64,000 nt of DNA from Macrostomum lignano (taxonomy: Eukaryota), in contig NIVC01002375.1 in the NCBI GenBank assembly GCA_002269645.1, forward strand, positions 16,165-80,164, given 5' to 3'. The notes under the pieces were generated by a model. It was not told the origin of the DNA. It worked only from the letters and a program-made list of their open reading frames with translations, and ran no database searches. The stretch's first letter is position 1; the number at the start of each line of letters is the position of its first letter. Below, one piece after another: positions 51,001-64,000 of the stretch. The translations under genes were made by a program, and so were the position numbers.

Positions 51001-51322
51001 GACGGTTTACGGTACGTTTTGAAAGTGTGTTGCCTGTGCAAGTATTGTAACTAATTTATAACTGGCATGGCAGATAAACAAAAGTCAAGTCATTTTTTAA
51101 CAGTCTGACATCACTGCTTACAGTGTGAGAATGAAAATTATTAAGAAAAAATATACAAAATAGTTTTTCACACTCGACAAGGAAGGGAAAAGACACTAGC
51201 TTAGCTTTATGCATTTCATTCCAATAGACACATTAAAACAAAATAGATTTCCAGTGCCACTTTTTCTAGCTCATCACTGTATGGATTAATTGTTTTTTTT
51301 TCAGCTGTCGAAATAATGTACA

Positions 51323-53390
51323 ATGTGTGGTATTTGAGGGTATGGGGTTTCCTCTAGAGTATGTGGTATTTGAGGGTATGGGGTTTCATCTAGAGTATGT
51401 GGTATTTGAGGGTGTGGGGTTTTGTCTAGAGTGTGTGGTATTTGAGGCTATGGGGTTTTGTCTAGTGTGACGTATTTGAGGGTATGGGGTTTTGTCTAGA
51501 GTATGTGGTATTTGAGGGTGTGGGGTTTTGTCTAGAGTGTGTGGTATTTGAGGCTATGGGGTTTTGTCTAGTGTGACGTATTTGAGGGTATGGGGTTTTG
51601 TCTAGAGTGTGTGGTATTTGAGGGTAAGGGGCTTTGTCTAGTGTGTGTGGTATTTGATGGTATGGGGTTTTGTCTAGAGTGTGTGGTATTTGAGGGTATG
51701 GTGTTTTGTCTAGAGTGTGTGGTATTTGAGGCTATGGGGTTTTGTCTAGTGTGACGTATTTGAGGGTATGGGGTTTTGTCTAGAGTGTGTGGTATTTGAG
51801 GGTAAGGGGCTTTGTCTAGTGTGTGTGGTATTTGATGGTATGGGGTTTTGTCTAGAGTGTGTGGTATTTGAGGGTATGGTGTTTTGTCTAGAGTGTGTGG
51901 TATTTGAGGCTATGGGGTTTCGTCTAGAGTGTGTGGTATTTGAGGGTATGGGGTTTCGTCTAGAGTGTGTGGTATTTGAGCGTATGGTGTTTTGTCTAGT
52001 GTGTGGTATTTGAGGGTATGGGTTTTTGTCTAGAGTGTGTGGTATTTGAGGCTATGGGGTTTCGTCTAGAGTGTGTGGTATTTGAGGGTTTGGGGTTTTG
52101 TCTTAGTGTGTGTGGTATTTGAGGCTATGGGGTTTTGTCTAGTGGGTGTGGTATTTGAGGGTTTGGGGTTTTGTCTTAGTGTGTGTGGTATTTGAGGCTA
52201 TGGGGTTTCGTCTAGAGTGTGTGGTATTTGAGGCTAAGGGGTTTTGTCTAGAGTGTGTGGTATTTGAGGCTATGGGGTTTCGTCTAGAGTGTGTGGTATT
52301 TGAGGCTAAGGGGTTTCGTCTAGAGTGTGTGGTATTTGAGGCTATGGGGTTTCGTCTAGAGTGTGTGGTATTTGAGGCTATGGGGTTTCGTCTAGAGTGT
52401 GTGGTATTTGAGGGTATGGGGTTTCGTCTAGAGTGTGTGGTATTTAAGGCTATGGGGTTTCGTCTAGAGTGTGTGGTATTTGAGGCTATGGGGTTTCGTC
52501 TAGAGTGTGTGGTATTTGAGACTATGGGGTTTTGTCTAGAGTGTGTGGTATTTGAGGCTATGGGGTTTTGTCTAGAGTGTGTGGTATTTGAGGCTATGGG
52601 GTTTTGTCTAGAGTGTGTGGTATTTGAGGCTATGGGGTTTTGTCTAGTGGGTGTGGTATTTGAGGGTTTGGGGTTTTGTCTTAGTGTGTGTGGTATTTGA
52701 GGCTATGGGGTTTTGTCTAGAGTGTGTGGTATTTGAGGCTATGGGGTTTTGTCTAGAGTGTGTGGTATTTGAGGCTAAGGGGTTTCGTCTAGAGTGTGTG
52801 GTATTTGAGGGTTTGGGGTTTTGTCTTAGTGTGTGTGGTATTTGAGGCTATGGGGTTTTGTCTAGAGTGTGTGGTATTTGAGGCTAAGGGGTTTCGTCTA
52901 GAGTGTGTGGTATTTGAGGCTATGGGGTTTCGTCTAGAGTGTGTGGTATTTGAGGCTATGGGGTTTCGTCTAGAGTGTGTGGTATTTGAGGGTATGGGGT
53001 TTCGTCTAGAGTGTGTGGTATTTAAGGCTATGGGGTTTCGTCTAGAGTGTGTGGTATTTGAGGCTATGGGGTTTCGTCTAGAGTGTGTGGTATTTGAGAC
53101 TATGGGGTTTTGTCTAGAGTGTGTGGTATTTGAGGCTATGGGGTTTTGTCTAGAGTGTGTGGTATTTGAGGCTATGGGGTTTTGTCTAGAGTGTGTGGTA
53201 TTTGAGGCTATGGGGTTTTGTCTAGAGTGTGTGGTATTTGAGGCTATAGGGTTTTGTCTAGAGTGTGTGGTATTTGAGGCTATAGGGTTTTGTCTAGAGT
53301 GTGTGGTATTTGAGGGTATGGGGTTTTGTCTAGAGTGTGTGGTATTTGAGGGTATGGAGTTTTGTCTAGAGTGTGTGGTATTTGAGGGTT
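51323..53390 (+). repeat. 36-bp minisatellite downstream of the kinesin stop
   Basis: TCTAGAGTGTGTGGTATTTGAGGCTATGGGGTTT(T/C)G. Confidence 0.97.
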
Positions 53391-53569
53391 ATTCATTCGA
53401 CTTTTAGTTAAACAGGACAATTCAGGCATAAACTGTTAAATCAAAGAAAAGGTGGCAAAGTTAAGCGCATAGACACAAGCAGACAAAACTAGTTGATGAT
53501 GCTACTATTAGTAGCATAAAATTCGTCACCAATATGCTACAGTAGTACAGAATTGGGCCCAGTTGTTAT

Positions 53570-54223
53570 TCAACGCTTCTTATTGGCAGCCTTAGTTTTA
53601 TTGGACTTCATGGCTTGCAGTTTAGTTGACAGTTCCTCTTCCCGGCGCATCTCAGCTTGCCACGCTGCCAACTTCTCTCTAAGCGACTGCATCGCCTGCA
53701 TCTGATTGGCTAACAGGGTGTCCAACCTGTTGGCGTAATCGTCCTGATTATAGTCTACCTGGCCAGACATGTCGTACAGCCGTTTCATCTCTTTACCGAA
53801 GCCGGCTTGCCCGTCTAGCAGGGCCTTATGATCGTCGTTGACTTCTTCTTCCATTCGTTCCATATGCGATACCACTTTGTGGAAGCTGACTAAATCACCC
53901 GTGTACTCGTCATCTTCCGCCTCCCCAGTCTCTTGCACGGCGCTCCTCACCAACCAGTTGTCGTCCTCTTCACCAATTAGATCGTCGCCGCCGCCGCCTG
54001 ATTCGAAATCCCCTAGAAACTGCTGCTCGTAGTCTCCGCCGGGGGCGGCGGCCGGTTCCCCGCCGGCTCCAGCGCCGCTGATCGGTCCGCCGGGGCCGAG
54101 CTCCTTGACTCGGTCGGCGTAGCGCAGAGTGTTCAGCGTGTGCTCGCAGGATGAAAAACCTGGACTGATTGTGGCAATCATGCAGGTGCGAGCTTTCTCC
54201 CCGATGAAGCTGTCACGGAGCAC
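53570..54223 (-). CDS. KIF2A: Kinesin-13 exon 5 (end of motor, C-terminal coiled coil, stop)
   Basis: [42 protein letters not shown]...AANKKR then TGA. Spliced CDS totals 2394 nt (797 aa). Confidence 0.93.
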   Translation of the reverse strand: MLRDSFIGEKARTCMIATISPGFSSCEHTLNTLRYADRVKELGPGGPISGAGAGGEPAAAPGGDYEQQFLGDFESGGGGDDLIGEEDDNWLVRSAVQETGEAEDDEYTGDLVSFHKVVSHMERMEEEVNDDHKALLDGQAGFGKEMKRLYDMSGQVDYNQDDYANRLDTLLANQMQAMQSLREKLAAWQAEMRREEELSTKLQAMKSNKTKAANKKR

Positions 54224-54289
54224 CTGGATTAGAAGAGAGAATGAGCTTGTAATTTTGTGTTTTGATAATGAAAATTAGTGGAGTGAAGA

Positions 54290-55574
<1,285 letters not shown>

Positions 55575-55699
55575 TTAACATTGTCAGGTTGCTTTGAATG
55601 CAAGTCAAGGGATCAGCTTGGGTTAGAGGTTGACATGGTTTATGGCAGTCATAGGTTCAATCCATGGTACTAGATATACCTACCTTAGGCAACGTTTAG

Positions 55700-56275
55700 C
55701 GGTCAAATAAGGTCAAGTTATAAGGTTAAATTAAGGTTAAGTTAAACAGAAGTCAAATCAGGTCATGTAGAAGTCAGTTAAGTCAAAATGTCAAGTTTGT
55801 GTCACTTGGTGAAGCAGAGACGCTAACTAAATTTAATTCGGGGTCAACTAAGGTCAGGCTGGGAATTGATTCGGGTTAGGTCAAGAGTCAAAAGTCAGGC
55901 TGAGGACTGATTCGGGTCAAGCCTTAGAGGTCAAATAAGGTCAAGGATTGATTCGAGTCAACTCAAGAGGTCAAATAGGTCAAGTTTGGGATTTATTCAG
56001 ACCAAGTCAGGTGGTCAAACAAGGTCAAGCTTGGGATTGATTCGGGTAAAATCAAGAGGTTAAACAAGGTCAAGCTTGGGATTGATTCGGGTCAAATCAA
56101 TCAAGAGGTTAAACCATCAATCAAGAGGTTAAACAAGGTCAAGTTTGAAATTGATTCGGACAAAGTCAGGAGGTCAATTAAGGTCAAGCTGGAATTGATT
56201 CGGGTGAAGTCCGGAGGTCAAATAAGGTCACGCCGGGGATTGATTCGGATCAAGCCATGGTAGGTCAATTAAGTT
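55700..56275 (+). repeat. Degenerate repeat of about 40 bp (kinesin intron 3)
   Basis: Recurrent AGGTCAAGCTTGGGATTGATTCGGGTCAAATCAAG-like units. Confidence 0.8.
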
Positions 56276-56277
56276 CA

Positions 56278-56589
<312 letters not shown>

Positions 56590-56739
56590 TCACAATAAAA
56601 TTTAACCGGCTATGGCCTGGTTTGCTGCATAGTAACTATTACAGGCTGTAGGAGAAAGAGCTTCGAATACCAGCTTATACTCCGTTTTTGTACTTTATCT
56701 GTTTTGATTTAAAGACCCTCTCTTTTCCGCCAATCTACC

Positions 56740-57270
56740 CGCTCGTTTCCGCTCTCTACCCCTTAGCTAACCGATCTTCTCCGCCCTCTACCTTCATCTA
56801 CATACTCTTTTCCGCCTTCTACCCTTATCTAATCACTCTTCTTCGCCTTCTACACCCTTATCTAATCACTCTTCTTCGCCTTCTACCCCTTATATAATCA
56901 ACTCTTTTTCGCCTTCTACGCCTTATCTAATCACTCTTCTCTGCCCTCTACCCCTTATCTAATCACTCTTCTCTGCCCTCTACCCCTTATCTAATCACTT
57001 TTCTTCGCCTTCTACACCCTTTATCTAATCACTCTTCTTCGCCTTCTACACCCTTATCTAATCACTCTTCTTCGCCTTCTACACCCTTTATCTAATCACT
57101 CTTCTTCGCCTTCTACACCCTTATCTAATCACTCTTCTCTGCCCTCTACCCCTTATCTAATCACTCTTCTTCGCCTTCTACCCCTTATCTAATCACTCTT
57201 CTCTGCCCTCTACCCCTTATCGAATCACTCTTCTCTGCCTTCAACCCCTTATCTAATCACTCTTCTCCAC
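56740..57270 (+). repeat. 32-34-bp CT-rich minisatellite (kinesin intron 2)
   Basis: CCTTATCTAATCACTCTTCTTCGCCTTCTACAC. Confidence 0.93.
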
Positions 57271-57322
57271 CATTTGGCCTTATAATGAATTCCTTACCTC
57301 TATTAGAAACGTATTAACTCAC

Positions 57323-57754
57323 CTTTAATTTAGGCTCATGAATGAGCACATTCTCCTTATTAGGAATGGTGACAACGTCGATTTCTTTCTTAGTCAGCTC
57401 CTTTTTATTCAACGGCCGCTTACGAACGCACACGCAGATCTGATGAATCTCAATAGGAGTGTCGTTAGTAATGGGCCGATAGTCTAGGGTGCTTTGAAAC
57501 TCGCGAATCATCTGCAGAAACTCGAACTGCGGATTGCTCGGATCGTAGTCCGGGTCGCTTTTCTTTGCCTGCTGAGCCGCCCGACGCTCGTCGCGGCGCT
57601 GCTGGATTCGTTCGATTTCTTTCACCACGTTCGACTTGCGGCCGCCGCCAGCCGCCGCGCCGCCCCCAGCGCCTCCGCCAGCCGCTGCGCCGCCGCCTCC
57701 CCCACCGCCGCCGCGACGGGCAGCTCCGCGTTCCTCTCGCGTCGGACTGGTCTC
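57323..57754 (-). CDS. KIF2A: Kinesin-13 exon 2 (neck and start of motor)
   Basis: [23 protein letters not shown] neck and [14 protein letters not shown]. Acceptor CCCCTCAG| (alternative 21 nt upstream); donor |GTGAGT. Confidence 0.88.
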
Positions 57755-57944
57755 CTGAGGGGCCGAATGGACAGGCTGGTGGGGATGCTAAGTGTGACCT
57801 CAGATGACAAATGGTAGTATTCTATATACTCTTAAAGCCTTAAGTACCATTGTTCATCCTAAAACAATGGAAATTTAATGACTAATGCTGTTTTTGTACG
57901 ATTGTAAAGAACAATTGGTTAGCAGACTCATAAAAACTAAAAAC

Positions 57945-59000
57945 AGCTGACTCATGAACGTGAAGGACAGCTGACTCACGAACCTGAAGGATAGCTGACT
58001 CATGAACCTGAAGGACAGCTGACTCATGAACCTGAAGGACAGCTGACTCATGAACCTGAAGGACAGCTGACTCATGAACCTCAAGGATAGCTGACTCATG
58101 AACCTGAAGGATAGCTGACTCATAAGCCTGAAAGACAGCTGACTCATAAGCCTGAAAGACAGCTGACTCATAAGCCTGAAGGACAGCTGACTCTTAAGCC
58201 TGAAGGACAGCTGACTCATGAACCTGAAGGACAGCTGACTCATAAGCCTGAAGGACAGCTGACTCATGAACCTCAAGGACAGCTGACTCATGAACCTGAA
58301 GGATAGCTGACTCATAAGCCTGAAAGACAGCTGACTCATAAGCCTGAAAGACAGCTGACTCATAAGCCTGAAGGATAGCTGACTCATGAACGTGAAGGAC
58401 AGCTGACTCATGAACCTGAAGGACAGCTGACTCATAAGCCTGAAGGACAGCTGACTCTTAAGCCTGAAGGACAGCTGACTCATGAACCTGAAGGATAGCT
58501 GACTCATAAGCCTGAAGGACAGCTGACTCATAAGCCTGAAGGACAGCTGACTCATGAACGTGAAGGACAGCTGACTCATGAGCCTGAAGGACAGCTGACT
58601 CATGAACCTGAAGGATAGCTGACTCATAAGCCTGAAGGACAGCTGACTCATGAACCTGAAGGAGAGCTGACTCATGAGCCTGAAGGATAGCTGACTCATG
58701 AACCTGAAGGACAGCTGACTCATGAACGTGAAGGACAGCTGACTCATGAACCTGAAGGATAGCTGACTCATAAGCCTGAAGGACAGCTGACTCATAAGCC
58801 TGAAGGACAGCTGACTCATGAACGTGAAGGACAGCTGACTCATGAGCCTGAAGGACAGCTGACTCATGAACCTGAAGGATAGCTGACTCATAAGCCTGAA
58901 GGACAGCTGACTCATGAACCTGAAGGAGAGCTGACTCATGAGCCTGAAGGATAGCTGACTCATAAGCCTGAAGGACAGCTGACTCATGAGCCTGAAGGAC
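57945..59000 (+). repeat. 24-bp minisatellite (kinesin intron 1)
   Basis: GA(C/T)AGCTGACTCAT(G/A)A(A/G)CCTGAAG, about 44 copies. Confidence 0.97.
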
Positions 59001-59092
59001 ACGCTACTTACTACACAGACATTTTCACGATTCAACCCCGCATGCCAAGTAAAATTAAAACTAAAAGCAGCAGTATACGCAGCTGAACTAAC

Positions 59093-59647
59093 CGCCTGAC
59101 CGCCATAATCATCTTCGTCAATAGAATCTTGCGGCTCAACAGGAGGCGGCGGAGGCGCGTATCTGGCTGCTGGCTGCTGCTGCTGCTGCTGTTTCGGCTG
59201 CGAGCCGGCACCTCGAGCGCTAGGAATGGCTGTTGGCCGACCTTTTGAACCCGGCCCCGCTGCCGCCGCCGCTACCGCTGGCTGTTGCTGAGCCGCCGGC
59301 CCCGCCGGCTCCCGGTGGCTGAAGGAGGCGCCAACATTGGCTTCAGAGGCGTTGCCAACGCCGCCTCCGTTAACGCCGTAGTCAATGGAACCGCCGCCGC
59401 CGATGTTGGCACCGCCGCCTCCACCGCCGCCGCCGCCGTCGGCCGGTGCCAGGCCGGGGTTCAATTGGAAAATGGCCTCCAATTCGATCTCTTTGCCTTT
59501 AGCTTCGCCCCGTTCAAACCATTCAACTGTGACGCTGTGGCTGTCTCGGTTGATGCCGCTAACAATGGCCGAATGGATGCGACCGTCGGTGCGTTGAATA
59601 TCGACATTGGTGCCAACTAATATCGAGCCGAATTCCGGGTCCGACAT
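59093..59647 (-). CDS. KIF2A: Kinesin-13 (KIF2A/KIF2C-like), exon 1
   Basis: MSDPEFGSILVGTNVDIQRTDGRIHSAIVSGIN...VTVEWFERGEAKGKEIELEAIFQLNP is the KIF2 N-terminal domain. Donor GCG|GTTAGT, phase 0. Confidence 0.88.
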
Positions 59648-59859
59648 TATTAAAATAGACTGGGAATTTTCTATATAAATGTTCTGTTGGATTGCCGATT
59701 GTACAAATTCTGGATCGCTTCTTTTGTTTGAGATCGACTCCAGACATGCATTGAGTTAAACAATTGTTTAATGTTAAATAGGTTTTTAAGTTAAGGAATT
59801 TCTGATCTTTTGACCAGATCTTTTTCTGATCCTTTGATGACGATTTTTATAGAGAGGAA

Positions 59860-60665
59860 ACTCAAAGGCTGATTCTTAGAATAATTTTGTTGGAAATGCG
59901 CAAGTTAATTGATATTGAAAAGCGTGAGGTGATTCTTAGAAAGTGAACTGTGTCGTGGAATAGTGAGGGTAATTCATGGAAAATGGGGTGACTCTTGAAA
60001 GCACAGAGGTTCTTAACAAATGAGATGTCTCTTATAAGGTAAAGTGATTCTTGGAAAAAGAGGATGGCACTCTTGGAAAGTAAGGTGATTCTTAGAAAAG
60101 CGTGAGGCGATTTTTAGAAAAGCGTGTTGTTTTTTTTACAAAAACGTGATGTGTTTCGTAGAAAATAGTGAGGCGATTCTTAGAAAAACCTGGTTTATTA
60201 GAAAAGCGTGGAGTGATTCTTAGAAAATTATGGTGTTTCTTAAAAAAGTGTAAGTTGATTCTTAGATAAGCGTGAGGTGTTTCTTAGAAAAGCGTGGTGT
60301 TTCTTAGAAAGCGTGGTGTTTCTTAGAAAAGCGCGGTGATTCTTATAAAAGCGTAAGTTGATTCTTAGAAAAGCGTGAGGTGTTTCTTAGAAAAGCGTGA
60401 GGTGTTTCTTAGAAAAGCGTGGTGTTTCTTAGAAAAGCGTAGTGATTCTTATAAAAGCGTAAGTTGATTCTTAGAAAAGCGTGAGGTGTTTCTTAGAAAA
60501 GCGTGAGGTGTTTCTTAGAAAAGCGTGGTGTTTCTTAGAAAAGCGTAGTGATTCTTATAAAAGCGTAAGTTGATTCTTAGAAAAGTCTGAGGTTTTTCTT
60601 AGAAAAGTGTGAGGTGATTTTTAAGAAAGCGTGAGGTGAATTTTAGAAGTGTTAGGTATTTCTTT
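59860..60665 (+). repeat. Degenerate minisatellite of about 22 bp upstream of the kinesin ATG
   Basis: TTCTTAGAAAAGCGTGAGGTG(T/A). Confidence 0.88.
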
Positions 60666-61754
60666 AAAAAGCATGACTACTCTAACAGAAACGTAGACCC
60701 GACTACATCAACTGCTAGTCAGTGATGATTCAAGAATTTCTGATACCTTAACTCCGATGAACAATAAACAGCACAAAAACTAAACTCCTTAAATTATCCA
60801 AAAACAGTAAAAGCAAATTAGGTGTTGTATAATTTTGTTCAAAAATTGGTAAATCTTTTGTTAATTAATTTATCTCAGAAAAATACACACAGTACTTGAT
60901 GAGTAGAATGAGACCTGTTAGAAAAACACAACAACTGCAATTGTCAGAACAAAACAAGGCAACTTGACAAAAAAACAATATTTAACTACAAAAGTAGTTC
61001 AACTCATATCGCATACTACTAACGGAAAGGTTGTAAGGATATAAAAAATCTAATCGACTAAAAATGACAAAACAATACAAGAAAAAAAGTTATGAAAATG
61101 ATTTTTGAAGCCTGTCAAAACTAAAAAAACTCAGATAAAAAGCAAACTGTATAACAAAAATGGATATGTTAAAAACAGTTATAGTCCAGCTATATGCTTT
61201 GCAGCAAAATCACAGCAAATAGCACAAAATATCAGTTAAATAACATATAGTCGCGCAAGAGAATATCCATAAAACGCCTGACATACTACTGTCGTAAGTT
61301 TGAGCAACATAACAATACAATGCAATACGAAAGATTCATCAGATTTCTAATAATTTCGGCAACAATGAGTCAAATAGTTTCATTGTAAAACAAGTTTTAG
61401 TGTTTAAATGATTGATAAAAGAATACTGCAACAATTATTTAGGAATAGAAAAAAAACAAAATACACTTACAAGAGAACTTCATCACAGCGCGGCAGGAAA
61501 AATACAAAAATGTATGTTTGGCAGAGCAGTATAGAATCTAACAGTTGAAAAGTTTTTAAAGTTTTTAATGGCTAGAAAACCATACTCGATCTCTTTAAAA
61601 GCATTTAACTTAACACCTTTGAAGAATATTTATCTTCTTTGGAACTTTCCTCAACACACTTCAGTATTGGTTCCTCACCCACTTCCCCGGAAATCACTTC
61701 ATTCTCTTGTTTTAGTTGCTTCATCATTACTTCTTCCTCTCTTGACTTCTAATC

Positions 61755-64000
61755 CTAAGCTTCTTTCGGCTTCTCCTCCACGTCCTCTTCTAGTGGTTTT
61801 TCTTCCTCCACGTCCTCATCTTCCTTCGGCTTCTCCTCCTCTTCCACATCATCTTCTTTTGGCTTCTCTTCATCCTCCGCATCCTCCTCTTCCTTCGGCT
61901 TCTCCTTCTCTTCCACATCATCTTCTTTTGGCTTCTCTTTATCCTCCGCATCCTCCTCTTCCTTCGGCTTCTCCTCCTCTTCCACATCATCTTCTTTTGG
62001 CTTCTCTTCATCCTCCGCATCCTCCTCTTCCTTCGGCTTCTCCTCCTCTTCCACATCATCTTCTTTCGGCTTCTCTTCATCCTCCGCATCCTCCTCTTTC
62101 TTCGGCTTCTCCTCCTCTTCCACATAATCTTCTTTTGGCTTCTCTCTTCATCCTCCGCATCCTCCTCTTCCTTCGGCTTCTCCTCCTCTTCCACATCAAT
62201 CTTCTTTCGGCTTCTCTTCATCCTCCGCATCCTCCTCTTTCTTCGGCTTCTCCTCCTCTTCCACATCATCTTCTTTCGGCTTCTCTTCATCCTCCGCATC
62301 CTCCTCTTTCTTCGGCTTCTCCTCCTCTTCCACATAATCTTCTTTTGGATTCTCTTCAACCTCCGCATCCTCCTCTTCCTTCGGCTTTTCCTCCGCATCC
62401 TCCTGTTCCTTCGGCTTCTCCTCCGCATCCTCCTCTTCCTTCGGCTTCTCCTCCGCATCCTCCTCTTCCTTCGGCTTCTCCTCCGCATCCTCCTCTTCCT
62501 TCGGCTTCTCCTCCGCATCCTCCTCTTCCTTCGGCTTCTCCTCCGCATCCTCCTCTTCCTTCGGCTTCTCCTCCATATCCTCCTCTTCTTTCGGCTTCTC
62601 TTCATCCTCCACATCCTCCTCTTCTTTTGGATTGTCTTTATCCTCCACATCCTCTTCTTGTGGCTTCTCTTCCTTCTCCGCGTCCTCTTCTTGTGGTTTC
62701 TTTTCCTTTTCCACATCCTCTTCTTGTGGTTTCTCTTCCGCGTCCACATCCTCTTCTTGTGGTTTCTCTTCCTCCTCCACATCCTCATGTGGCTTCTCCT
62801 CCTCCTCCACATCCTCCTCTTCCTTCAGCTTCTCTTCCTTGTCAACATCCTCTTGTGGTTTCTCTTCCTTCTCCACATCCTGTTCTTGTGGTTTCTCTTC
62901 CTCCTCCACATCCTTTTCTTGTGGTTTCTTTTCCTCCTCTACATCCTCATCTTGTGGTTTCTCTGACTTCTCCACATCCTCTTTTTGTGGTTTCTCTTCC
63001 TCTTCCACATCCTCTTCTTGTGGTTTCTCTTCCTCCTCCACATCCTCTTCTTGTGGTTTCTCTTTCTCCTCCACATCCTCCTGTGGCTTCTCTTCCACCG
63101 AATCTTCCTGTGGTTTCTCCTCCTTGTCCGCATCCTCCTCTTCCTTCAGCTTCTCTTCCTCGTCCACATCCTCTTCTTGTGGTTTCCCTTCCTCCTCCAC
63201 ATCCTCTTCTTGTGGTTTCCCTTCCTCCTCCACATCCTCTTCTTGTGGTTTCTCCTCCTCCTCCGCATCCTCTTCTTGTGGTTTCTCTTCCTCCTCCACA
63301 TCCTCCTGTGGTTTCTCCTCCTCCTCCGCATCCTCTTCATCCTTCAGCTTCTCTTCCTCCTCTACATCCTCTTCTTGTGGTTTCTCTTCCTCCTCCACAT
63401 CCTCTTCTTGTGGTTTCTCCTCCTCCTCCGCATCCTCCTCTTCCTTCAGCTTCTCTTCCTCCTCCACATCCTCTTCTTGTGGCTTCTCTTCCTCCTCCAC
63501 ATCCTGTTCTTGTGGTTTCTCTTCCTCCTCCACATCCTCCTGTGGTTTCTCCTCCTCCTCCGCATCCTCTTCTTCCTTCAGCTTCTCTTCCTCGTCCACA
63601 TCCTCTTCTTGTGGTTTCTCCTCCTCCTCCGCATCCTCCTCTTCCTTCAGCTTCTCTTCCTCCTCCACATCCTCTTCTTGTGGTTTCTCTTCCTCCTCGA
63701 CATCCTCCTGTGTTTTCTCCTCCTTCTCCGCATCCTCTTCTTCCTTCAGCTTCTCTTCCTCGTCCACATCCTCTTCTTGTGGTTTCTCTCCTCCTCTAAA
63801 TCCTCCTGTGGTTTCTCCTCCTTCGCATCCTCCTCTTCCTTCAGCTGCTCTTCCTCCTCCACATCCTCTTCTTGTGGTTTCTCCTCCTCCTCCGCATCCT
63901 CTTCTTGTGGTTTCTCTTCCTCCTCCACATCCTCCTGTGGTTTCCTCCTCCTCCTCCGCATCCTCTTCATCCTTCAGCTTCTCTTCCTCCTCTACATCCT
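61755..64000 (-). CDS. Glu/Lys/Pro-rich repeat protein, 3' part (5' end outside window; two indel pairs)
   Basis: Repeats EEEEKPQEEDV, EEKPKEEEDA and EDEEKPKEDDV vary in whole codons and show synonymous GAA/GAG and AAA/AAG use. Interrupted by indels near 63945/63790 and 62198/62143. Confidence 0.55.

Noticed and set aside
61749-61757. Possible TAG reassignment (alternative genetic code)
   Set aside because: None of the roughly 2000 conserved codons reconstructed for PLC and kinesin is an in-frame TAG.
61568-63799. 743-aa Pro/Leu/His-rich plus-strand ORF, and the Arg/Lys-rich minus-strand frames
   Set aside because: Shadow frames of the Glu-rich repeat. Third-position variation is synonymous in the Glu frame, which also has the unique in-frame tail.

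Overview
Eukaryotic (animal) genomic DNA. The GC-rich, Gly/Ala-run exons and minisatellite-filled introns resemble a flatworm such as Macrostomum, but that is inference only. Two multi-exon genes lie on the minus strand, both rebuilt by hand from GT-AG sites with consistent phases. (1) A phospholipase C-beta of the PLCB4/NorpA type: 19 confident coding exons at 39643..5936 (1248 aa), an uncertain last exon near 4238-4450, and a probable alternative terminal exon at 8325-8502. (2) A kinesin-13 (KIF2A/MCAK-like): 5 exons at 59647..53570, 797 aa. The window ends inside a minus-strand Glu/Lys/Pro-rich repeat ORF. Nearly every intron over about 400 bp carries its own tandem array, mostly G-rich on the template strand. 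Mobile DNA comprises a DD34D mariner with an internal deletion, a composite hAT-type element with an 8-bp TSD carrying a Harbinger-type MITE, a second copy of that MITE, a Tc1-like remnant with long inverted repeats, a tRNA-derived SINE-like family, and two inverted GGCGCC arrays with a foldback-like layout. Most long ORFs in the supplied track are artefacts of these repeats.
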